DNA from: Octopus sinensis
Lineage: Eukaryota
Length of the DNA: 64,000 bases
Direction of reading: 5' to 3'
Assembly: GCF_006345805.1 (NCBI RefSeq)
Contig: NC_042999.1
Span: 134,850,001-134,914,000, forward strand
Shown here: positions 53,087 to 64,000 of the stretch, one piece after another
Position numbering within the stretch: the first letter of the stretch is position 1
Layout of the letters: each line of letters starts with the position of its first letter
The notes under the pieces: generated by a model
Databases searched by the model: none
Told to the model about the DNA's origin: nothing
The model's input: only the letters and a program-made list of their open reading frames with translations
Program-made: the position numbers and the translations under genes

Positions 53087-53503
53087 TTACTCTTTTACTC
53101 TTTTACTTGTTGTTTAATCATTTGACTGCGGCCATGCTGGAGCACCGCCTTTAATCGAGCAACTCGACCCCGGGACTTATTCTTTTGTAAGCCCAGTACT
53201 TATTCTATTGGTCTCCTTTGCCGAACCGCTAAGTAACGAGGACATAAACACACCAGCATCGGTTGTCAAGCAATACTAGGGGGACAAACACAGACACACA
53301 AACACACAAACACACATACGCATATATATACATATATACGACGGGCTTCTTTCAGTTTCCGTCTACCAAATCCACTGACAAGACTTTGGTCGGCCCGAGG
53401 CTATAGTAGAAGACACTTGCCCAAGGTGCCACGCAGTGGAACTGAACTCGGAACCATGTGGTTAGTAAACAAGCTACTTACCACACAGCCACTCCTGCAC
53501 CTA
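53087..53503 (-). mobile_element. tRNA-derived SINE, family 2, full length, inverted relative to 51968-52359
   Basis: Reverse complement of the preceding copy. Confidence 0.85.
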
Positions 53504-54764
53504 TATATTTTAATTTTTTTTTTAAATTATTGTTATTATTCATTCTGAACACCATATTTGTTCAAAACTCATAGCTCCCCTTCTGGCAGCGTCACTATGA
53601 TCACCTCCTATCCGAGTTTGTGTTTCCATTTCCAAACTAGGGTGGGTAGCAAGTGAAACAGGGAGTAAATTTTTACCTAAGAGAGGTTAATACTAAAATC
53701 TGTCGGGATTAACGGAGAATCTTGCCTCCCACAATATAGAAATATGTTCAGCAGATAAAACGGAAAAGGCGCTGCCTCGGAAGGTAGCGAGCGAGATGCA
53801 CTGGAACAGCCACTCTGACACTCGGGGCTCGCACTTGCGGACATCAATCTCTGCCCCGATAGCTTTGAGCAGGGATATGGTCCGTGGTCCAGGAAATATC
53901 TTGGAAAATATTGTGATTTCTTTGTGTGATATATTTCAGATTAACTCATGTAAATAAACGAAGATACCATAAGTGTCTAATATGTGTGTGCATGTATGTG
54001 TGCGTTTGTGTGCGCGCGCGAACGTGTGCATGAGCGTGTCTGTACTTACATATCCTGTGTATATATATGTGCGTGTGTGTGTATGTGTGTGTGAGAGAGA
54101 GAGAGAGTGTGTGTGTGAGAGAGAGAGAGAGAAAGAGAGCGTGTGTGTGTGTGTGTGTGTGTGAATATAATATACCCATAAAGGAAAAATCAGCTGATAC
54201 CATAAAAGACAGGCCTACTTCTCTGGAGGATGTGCGTGTCTCAGTGGTTAGGCTGTTGCACTAAAGATCATAGGATTGTGGTTCCGATTCCTAGACCTGG
54301 TGACCGTTTGTACTTGAGCAAAGCACTTCATTTCACGTTGCTCAGTCCACTCAGCAAGCAAAAGCAAATATTTCTTGCAATCAGACGGCGTCTAGTCCAG
54401 AGTGGAATTTATACGCCACAGCAACAGTTGAGGTCTGGCTTTATAGGTTTATATGACTCGAGAAGGGTCTCTATCCATTTTTATATCCTATCTCTCTGAT
54501 CTGACATGATAGCTGAATCATAGAACGCATGGTCAGAAAGAGGATGATGACGCCCCAGGAAGAAAATAGCTTACTCACCATCGCACAAGATGGCTTCCGC
54601 CCAGGGTAAACCTGCTTGCACAGCTACAAAAGCATTTTGACTGGGTACTGAAGCAGTAGCTCAATCACTCAAAAATAGATGTGGTATATCGCGACATAGC
54701 TAAGGAAGTCGACGAAACTGATAGGCCACAACTGCATGACCTTAGTATTGTTAATAATCTAGGG

Positions 54765-55079
54765 CAGGGTTTCTCAACCAGGGTCCACATGGACCTTGAG
54801 GTTCTATATAAGATTGGGGGGGGGGTCGCGGATGCAATATAGTAAATTGGGGGCCACGGTAGATTTTTAGGGGCCATGAAAAAACTGTGCTTCAGACTAG
54901 TAAAGTTTAAGTGCAATAAATTGATTATACATCCACAATACACAAAATATACAATTCCTAATAATATTTAATTATGAAAATACAATAGGATTTTTTAAAC
55001 ATCGAATGGCTATGGGCGCCCACCCAGGTAAAATAGGAATCAAAGGAGTCCATGAGCAAAAAACGGTTGGGAAGCCTTG
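54765..55079. mobile_element. hAT-type MITE with 8-bp TSD, inserted into a decayed CR1/L2-like RT fragment (~54540-55540)
   Basis: TIRs CAGGGTTTCTCAACC / GGTTGGGAAGCCTTG. Perfect TSD ATCTAGGG at 54757-54764 and 55080-55087. Confidence 0.88.
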
Positions 55080-55140
55080 ATCTAGGGGAATGGTTGCGTT
55101 GACTTCTTACAATGTAAAAATCAGGTAGTCGCAGCCGATG

Positions 55141-55230
55141 GCGCTCTCTCTGAGGAGATATAAATATTAAGTGCTCTCTTTGAGGAGACATAAATATTAA
55201 GTGCTCTCTCTGAGGAGATATAAATATTAC
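55141..55230. repeat. 30-bp minisatellite, three copies
   Basis: G(C/T)GCTCTCT(C/T)TGAGGAGA(T/C)ATAAATATTAA repeated head to tail. Confidence 0.9.
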
Positions 55231-55560
55231 AGGGAACTGTACTGGGACCACTACTATTTTTTGTGGTTCTCTCAGATATACCTTCAGTCACACAATAAAC
55301 CACTCTCACCTGTGGTTGTCACAATAAACCACTCTCACCATATTGATGAGACAAAAATATCGCAGACAGTCAAGGACTCTGATGACTCCCTGAAACTGCA
55401 GAAAGACCTGAACGCAATATACAAATGAGCTAATGAAAATAACATGCATTTCAATGCTGAGAAGTATCAAGCACTCTACAATCGGTTCACAAACTCTAAT
55501 TCTAACCTTAAAACAATTGAGGCTCTGCTCTCTGGAGAAAAGCTGCGAAAGATATGGAGT

Positions 55561-55601
<41 letters not shown>

Positions 55602-55858
55602 GGTTAAGTAATTGAGAATTTAGTGAATTCTAAAGAATTCACTTGAATATGGTCCTTAACTAGGATGCACCGGAAATCTATATGGTGTTAACCATACGAC
55701 AAGTGGGGTGATTACAAATAGGAAAAAAGCAACAAGAATGGATTAAAATCTCAGTACGATCGTTTCGTACGAGGACATCTTTAATAAGCTATAAAATATG
55801 CAGTGAAAACGATCGTACCGAGATTTTAATCCATTCTTGTTGCTTTTTTCCTATATAT

Positions 55859-55939
<81 letters not shown>

Positions 55940-56193
55940 TGTATATATATTATATATATATATAAATACATGTATATACATATATATATATAGATATATA
56001 TACATGCATACATATATGTATACATACATATATATATACATAAATGCATATATATATATATATAGACAGAGAGAGAGAGAGAGAACATCCTGGAAGGTTT
56101 ACCTCCCAACTTTGGAGTCGGTTAATTTGACTAAACCTTTGAAAGAGTGCCCCCAAGCATTGCCACAGTCCAATAAAGCAAGTAAAATATAAT

Positions 56194-56242
<49 letters not shown>

Positions 56243-56379
56243 GATAAAATTTTCGAAAAAAATTTTTCATTGGCCAGCATATTAAAAAATAGCTTTAAAG
56301 GTTAAATTTATAAACAACTTATAAAAAGAAAAAAAAAGCATTGAAATTTTTTATTTTGCCCTTGTTTATAAGTTGTATA

Positions 56380-56418
<39 letters not shown>

Positions 56419-56423
56419 TATAT

Positions 56424-56478
<55 letters not shown>

Positions 56479-56550
56479 ATATAATATATATATATATATA
56501 ATAGCCAAAATCATGATAAATATACCCGCACTGCTTCGAGCAATAGTAGT

Positions 56551-56958
56551 ATGAGACTTCTATCCTCAAGTTATTCTACTTCAAATTATAATCCCCCTAG
56601 ATGTAACTGCAGAATTAAATCAAAATGCCCGGCACCTGGTTTATGCGGGTTAAATAACATAATCTACAAATGCTCCATAACCACAGATAATAATAAATTC
56701 ACTTATGTTGGATGTACTGTAAATTTTAAGAAAAGATTGAACAATCATCTATCCTCCTTCAGATTACGTCATAAAGCTGATAGCACCACTCTTTCTAGTA
56801 AAATTTGGGAACTAAAAAACAATAATATCAAATATAACCTTAATTGGGAATTAGTCAGAAGAGCAATACCCTATAAAAATAGCAGAGTAGGTTGTCAACT
56901 TTGCTCCATGGAAACATTTGAAATACTAATGAATAGAAAAATAGGGAAATTTCAATGA
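56551..56958 (+). CDS. Penelope GIY-YIG endonuclease fragment
   Basis: CNC..KCP..GLC..NIIY..YVGCT..FKKRLNNHLSSF..ST.LS..IWELK..C.LCSME. Confidence 0.85.
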   Translation: MRLLSSSYSTSNYNPPRCNCRIKSKCPAPGLCGLNNIIYKCSITTDNNKFTYVGCTVNFKKRLNNHLSSFRLRHKADSTTLSSKIWELKNNNIKYNLNWELVRRAIPYKNSRVGCQLCSMETFEILMNRKIGKFQ

Positions 56959-57948
56959 ACAGCAGAATTGAACTAGGAAATTCTTGTATACACGCTCGAA
57001 CTAAGACTCTTAAATATTTTTAATGATATTTTAATTGACAACTGCATATTAAATTCACTTTGTATAAAATCAATTTGATTTATACTTTACTCCTACATAG
57101 TATATTATATATTTAACTAGACAGATACGATCTAACTAGCTATGATTATATTCTCTCTCTAACTGTACTATTTAATACTTATTGATTTAAGTTATTTGTT
57201 TTATTTCTATTAGACTATATAGATAATTTAAATTTTGCTCTGTTTTTATCTCTATTTCTTAGTCTATTTCATTTTAACCTACCTATAAAAAATTAGTTAG
57301 TTAATAAATTAATTGACCTCAGTTCGAATTTTGCACCAAATAAGCTTAGATTTTTCTTATATTATCAACTTGTGTCCCGCTCCTTAGCTTCCCGTTCCCT
57401 TCTCTTTGATAGCAATTAATAGCAGTAACTGACTAATTTCTACTTTCTTCCTCTTCTCTGTGATTCTTGTAAATTTCAATAACAATCTGTTCCTCTACAG
57501 AATAAGATTGTCACTTTGCTTCTCACTCGGATACCCTGAAATTTTCGCACGATCGTACCCAAAATTTCTTCACATAACTTGATTAATAATTCACTATGAA
57601 CTATATGGACATGCACATATTCTGTAAGTTCAAGACCTTCCATCGGACCTCCATGAATCGAACTTATCTGTGATTCTTGTAAATTTCAATAACATCTGTT
57701 CCTCTACACGATATGACAGTCACTTTGCTTCTTACTCGGATTCTCAGAAATTTTGCATGACTGTATCCAAAATTTCTTCACATAACTTGATTATCTATTC
57801 ACTATGAGCTATATATGGACATGCATAAATTCTGTAAGTTCAAGACCTTTCATCGGATCTCCAGGAATCGAACTTTCTTCAATGCAGTTAAACTTACACT
57901 CTCATTTGTATCTACCCCTTTTGATGTTTGGGAATCTCTGATGTTTTT

Positions 57949-58032
57949 TCGGCTGACGAGTACGAGCCATCTATATTTACTACATTTTTTGTAGCTTATT
58001 AAAGATGTCCTCGTACGAAACAATTGTACCGA
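57949..58032 (+). ncRNA. Type-I hammerhead ribozyme with canonical core
   Basis: TCGG-CTGACGA-GTACGAG..CTCGTAC-GAA-ACAATTGT-A-CCGA. 4-bp stem I, 7-bp stem II, palindromic stem III, GUA cleavage triplet after 58028. Confidence 0.78.
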
Positions 58033-58360
58033 TATTTTGATCCATTCTTGTTGCTTTTTTCCTATTTATATACATATATATATATACATATATATATACA
58101 TATATATATATACACACACACACACATATACATATCTATATATATACTGATTTATACCTGATAATGAATCAGCAATTCCATATTTGCCAATTAAATATAT
58201 TGTTCTCCCAAATATAAATATTTACTCTGCGTTTTACAATGTACTCAGTATTTTCAGTGCTTATTGGTCTTCTTGATTCCATTATCAAATATGCATATGC
58301 ATGTGTGTGTGTGTGTGTACATGCATACATATATACATACATACATACATACATATATAT

Positions 58361-58410
<50 letters not shown>

Positions 58411-58417
58411 TGTGTGT

Positions 58418-59615
58418 GCCAGAAGTATATATTCACCCCCATAAACATTGTAATATGTTTGTTTTTAATTTGAAAGGGTGTATATTTTTTATTAATGGAC
58501 ATTTTTATCTTTCAGGATCTATATGTGATGTTTAGTCATGCCACGTACAAAAGAAGACTTTGGGACTGTCCAAATTTCAAAGAGGCCGTATTGTGGCATC
58601 CTGCTTTCTCCAGTTAATAGGGTGATTGTGCAATTCACTAGAGAGAAGTCCACATTACCTTGTCCAGGTCGATCAGGGCCCTCCGATAGGAACCTTTGCT
58701 TTGTTAAGTGAAGTGTGGAGGACAACTCTCATTGCAAGGCCTCTGACATAGCAGAACAAGGTGATGTCAGTCCCAGAACAGCTGTTAGGTATTACCACAA
58801 ATTTGGCTACTATGGCAGAACAGCAAGAAGGAATCCCCTTCTTCAACCAGCCAATATAAAGTGGAGAACCCAATTTAAAGTGGAGAAAAGATTGAGTCAG
58901 TGAGATGATGGAATAGCCGCTAGCATTTTGAGACACTATCATATTCTCTGATGATACCATATTTGCTGTATTTTCTGACAGTGGTAGAATGTAGGTTTGG
59001 AGACTCTGTGATCAAAAATTTAACATGAAAAGATTGCTGCCAACAATGAAACAAGGCAGCTATTTTGTGATGGTCTGGGGAGCAATTTGGAGCAATGGTC
59101 AATTAGAGCTGGTGGAGTGTGATGGAAACATAGACTCTGATAAATATGTATCCATGTTGCAGAAAGGACTCCTTCCAATCTTCTCCAATGGTGAAATGAT
59201 TAAAGAAGACTGTTTATGGAAGATGGGTCTCCTTATCACACGGCTAAAACGACCCAAAATTGGTTGGAAAAGAATGGCATTAAAAAACCTCCATGGCCAA
59301 GGCAGTCACCAGAGAGGAACCTCATTGAACTCCTCTGGAACATATTGGACAGGACAATTCAGAAAAAGAATACGAAAGCATTCTCAAAGCCAGATCTTTT
59401 GAGATTATTGCATGAAACTTGACAGGAAATTCCCTAAGAGAATATTCGTCATCTGATCAGTAGCATGCTTTATAGAATCCTTGCACTGAAAAATGAAAAG
59501 GGCACATCTACTAAATATTAGATATTCACATTATAATAATTAATAAATAATTTGAATGTATAATTTCAGATTTAAATACATTTTAATGATTATAAGGGTG
59601 TATATTTACTTGTCA
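58418..59615 (+). mobile_element. Decayed Tc1 transposon (DD34E)
   Basis: ARRNPLL, VMVWGAIW, MEDGSPYHTA and WPRQSPERNLIE.LW motifs. Partial TIRs AAGTA.ATAT.CACCC. Confidence 0.88.
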
Positions 59616-60099
59616 TGTGTGTGTGCGTGTGTTTGTGTGTGTGTGTGGTGTGTGTGTGTGTGCGTGCGTGTGTTTGTGTGTGTGTGTATGTGTACATGCG
59701 TGTGCGTGTGTGTATGTGTACATGCGTGTGCGTGTGTGTATGTGTATATGGAATAATACACCTCGAGGCATACACAATGTTAGAAATAACATCACGTAAA
59801 TATTGCACTGGATAATTCCTTTTAGATATAAAAGTCGAAGGCAGTCTGAAGGACTCAGATCCACATTTCTGTAGACACATTTCCTGAACACTATTTGTGT
59901 GTGGTGCCGAGTCAGGCTTGATTCAGTAGTCTTATGTAGTCGGACGAACGACGAGATGTGATCAACAGACCCATCTTCCCTGTTTATACAATGTTTCAGT
60001 ATAACTGAGGTCTACATAGTCCTCGTACATACAACATATTTTTCTTTTTGTCAAATGTGCTGCAAAAGCCATGTAGTGTTTTCTTTGTGACTTGCTTGA

Positions 60100-60960
<861 letters not shown>

Positions 60961-60999
60961 ACACTCGGGACAAATTAAGATGATCAATGTCGCAATAAA

Positions 61000-61437
61000 G
61001 TAGCACGTGTTTGACCAGGTGGATAGACAATGCAATTTCAGTCATGAGGCAAAACACAAGACACACGTGTGGAAAAGCTAAAGTTAGAAAATAAAACAGG
61101 AAATAATAGCTCAAAGGAAAGACATAAATAGCGTGAGAAAAACAAAACAAAAGCGAGAAATCCACATTTGGCTCATAAACTATGTCAAATTTATGGCCAC
61201 TCTCTAAAACAAGAACTATTGTTTTGAAATTCGCTTCTTCCTAAACTTATTCACGTGTTTCGCACGCGACAAAAGCAAACATAATTTGCAATTGATAATA
61301 AAATAAGCAATAAATAAATTAATAAATAAGAAGAGAGACTAAAGGAAAGGTAAAATCGAGTTCCATATAAATATCATCGATTTTTACAGAAACATCATTC
61401 GAGAAACGAACTTTGACTTGAAACAAATTAATCAGAG
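61000..61437 (+). promoter_or_regulatory. Promoter and non-coding exon 1 of tyrosinase-like gene B (E-boxes 61004, 61064, 61252; TATAAA 61366; Inr 61395; donor 61438)
   Basis: Collinear with 39910-40364. Exon TCATTCGAGAAAC..AACAAATTAA..AG|GTGAGTGAAGAA is shared. Confidence 0.8.
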
Positions 61438-61989
61438 GTGAGTGAAGAACAGTTTCTAGTTATATTTCCTTTACAGTGATTCTTTTTTTTTTTTGGTGGG
61501 GGGGGGGGAGACAAAGGTCGTTTCGCTTTTTGCTTTTTTGTTGTTTTTGTTTTTACCTGGAAGCTTATAATTTTCATCAATCAGAATCATAGTTTACACA
61601 CTGTAGTGAAGTGAACCGCTATGAACGGAGAACTCTAGTTTGAAACATGGTATCTACGTGACATTTCTAGAAACTTAAGAGAAATTGAAATAACAAACGA
61701 CTTACATCTAAATTTTACAATGAAGAAATTATCTTTCTCTCTTCTTCGTGGATAGGCAAGAACTCAGAGCATTAGATTTCACAATTTTTGCGTTAAGTCA
61801 AACTTAACGATTTACTTCTTTTTGAGACTAATAACCGTTGACCAGTGATGACAGTATACGAATAGCCAGTCCATTGACTGAACATCTGCAATTTCCTTGT
61901 TTTGTTGCATCCTCTCTCTCTATATATATATGTGTGTGTGTGTTGTGTGTGTGTGTGCGCGCGCCTGAAATTTACAAGCAGAATTTAAT

Positions 61990-62945
61990 AGCTTGATGCG
62001 TGCATGTTTTTAAATTGTTGACTATTCTGGTTGAGGCCCAATTGACAACGCAAGGCTATAGAATTGCAAACATCAAGAGACATTAAATACCTTCAGTTCC
62101 TTGATTGAATTGGTCTTGTACCATAACCATTATCTTTTAAGTATCACAATGAAATAAATTCCAGTGGTATGAGGTCCTGTGAACGCGTAAAAAATTCTTC
62201 TGAACCTCTTCGTCCAAACCACCTCCCCGGCAAAATCGCATCAAGATAGGTCCTTACATTACTATGTTAGTGTGGGGACACTCGCCGTCTTACTGGAAAT
62301 GGAATTTCACACTTTCAAAATACTTCTGAATGCTTGGCATGACAAATTGTTGCAGCAAGTTCAAGTAAATTGGACCACTCACAGTACCATAAAACAAAAA
62401 TGGTCAAATTAATCATACTATAAACCCTAATAAATTAACCTGCTTTTCTATAAAATGCAGATTCTCAGATCCGCAGTAAGTGCAATCGTGACACTTAATT
62501 ACGCCAATTAATTTAAATGTAACATCATCACTCAGGACAATTTTGTAGGAAAGTGTGCATCTTCTACGCATCTTGGCAAGTGTCACTCACAAAACAACAC
62601 TTTTCGGCCCGAATCGGCTTCAATGAGAGCATGACAGCGCTTCAAAATGCGATGAACACTCGGTTTTGAAATTTCTATTGAACTCTAGCAATACGTTTTG
62701 AGTACACTATCGTGCTTTGTGTCCGCGGTCTTCTGGAACGTTTCTTGTGGACATTCTGAGCAGTTTTATCTGCTTCAGACTTATCTCTAATTCGAGGGAC
62801 AGTACATCGTGTTTGAAACTCTCTACTAAACTGTCTTTGCATATTGGATTGAGTTTTACAAACTTTCAGTTGCACTTTAGAGTAAATTTCCTTTTTTCAA
62901 GGCTTAGTCTGGTTCTTTTCATAATTTCAAAGCTTTAAATCTCAA
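61990..62945 (-). mobile_element. Decayed Tc1/mariner-superfamily transposase, probably maT/DD37D type, in gene B intron 1
   Basis: VHKKRSRRPRT and ISKPSVHRILK, plus broken FQ.DG..PH and PGRW.GRRG-like segments. Confidence 0.6.
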
Positions 62946-63029
62946 AAGAAATAAAAATTAGGTGAGCTTTCAGGTGTTGAAGTGTGTATACATTGAGACA
63001 TGCTACAAGTGTATATATATATATATATA

Positions 63030-63189
<160 letters not shown>

Positions 63190-63240
63190 ACATATGTGTG
63201 TATCTATTATACTTCTAATCTTTATTTGCAGAGAACCATA

Positions 63241-63585
63241 ATGAGGTATTTAATCTTGATTCTAACGCTGACCGTGACCGTTGTTTGTGCAGATGATTTT
63301 AACATAATAAAATCATTCACAAAATGTTACAAGAATTTCCAAAACAATGCTTTTGAATCGAACAAGAGGCAGGAGTGGCAGAAATACTGTTTGGATAACA
63401 ACCCTTATGTTCGGAAACGTTTTGGAGGTTGGGTTAACCAAATTCCAAACATTCATGACTATAATAATATGGGAGATGGTCCAAAGCCTATTAGGTCAAA
63501 GCAGGTCAGAAAGGAATATAGAATGCTCACTACAAAAGAGAGAAACGATTTCCATCACGCCATTAATCTATTAAAACAAGATACG
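63241..63585 (+). CDS. Gene B first coding exon (exon 2), secreted tyrosinase-like paralog; gene continues beyond the window
   Basis: TTTGCAG acceptor at 63231, signal peptide MRYLILILTLTVTVVCA, VRKEYRMLTTKERNDFHHAINLLKQDT, and an ACG|GTAAGT donor at the same position as gene A. Confidence 0.9.
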
Positions 63586-63821
63586 GTAAGTTCTTTAGTT
63601 GATATCAGTTAATTAGCAAATTTAATCAACAATTTTTACTGTACTTTATTACAAATTCAGCAAATTTATTAATTTTCTTACACATGAAATTCGACAGTAT
63701 GTGACCTCATGCAATGTCCCAATGGTGTTGGTAACCTAAGTAAGGCGCAACATTTGTAATAAAATAGTAATCAATTATAGAGTTTAATTGTTGCTACAGC
63801 CGACGATATTGGAGCTAAAGT

Positions 63822-64000
63822 AAGGCGGCGAGCTGGAAGAAACGTTAGCACGCCGGGCGAAATGCGTAGCCGTATTTCGTCTGTTCTGAGTTCAAATTCC
63901 TCCGAGGTCGACTTTGCCTTTCATCCTTTCGGGGTCGATAAATTAAGTACCAGTTAAGCACTGGGGTCGATGTAATCGACTTAATCCGTTTGTCTGTCCT
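63822..64000 (+). mobile_element. Deu/Nin-type SINE, young-looking copy, runs off the window
   Basis: AAGGCGGCGAGCTGG..GAGTTCAAATTCC.CCGAGGTCGACTTTGCCTTTCATCCTTTCGGGGTCGATAAATTAAGTACCAGTT. Confidence 0.88.

Larger units (their letters stand above)
55718..58066 (+). mobile_element. Truncated Penelope-like element: inverted 5' pLTR piece, GIY-YIG fragment, ~208-bp direct repeat, hammerhead-bearing pLTR
   Basis: Inverted repeat 55718-55765 / 55807-55854. The same terminal sequence recurs at 58017-58066. Direct repeats at ~57457-57664 and ~57665-57874. Confidence 0.85.

Noticed and set aside
55141-55230. Short direct repeats (30-bp x3 here; 17-bp x3 at ~48997-49048) resembling a CRISPR array
   Set aside because: They are head-to-tail with no unique spacers, no cas genes, and a eukaryotic context, so ordinary minisatellites.

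Overview
AT-rich, microsatellite-dense eukaryotic DNA. The SINE families and the tyrosinase type point to a mollusc, probably an octopus (inference). The host-gene content is a tandem cluster of secreted tyrosinase-like (type-3 copper) genes on the + strand. Gene A is complete: non-coding exon 1 at ~40325-40364, coding exons 41030-41362, 42207-42319, 43264-44801 and 46432-46631, giving 727 aa. Its order is signal peptide, CuA/CuB tyrosinase domain, Cys-rich C-terminal domain, Thr/Pro mucin-like linker, and a 10-Cys peritrophin-A/ChtBD2-like module. Gene B starts at ~61397 and runs off the window. An intact but apparently orphan copy of the 10-Cys terminal exon lies at 21357-21550, and a paralogous polyA region at 1-350 implies another copy just upstream. 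The A and B promoters share TATA, Inr and three positionally conserved E-boxes. The rest is transposon-derived. It includes a nearly intact CR1-clade LINE whose ORF1/ORF2 junction carries a GGGAAAC -1 slippery heptamer, R4/Dong-like elements chained in (TAA)n tracts, and several Penelope-like remnants with hammerhead ribozyme motifs. Mariner/Tc1/maT remnants, Helitrons, MITEs and tRNA-derived SINEs are also present, plus a 2.3-kb tandem duplication. All calls were made by eye with no database searches.
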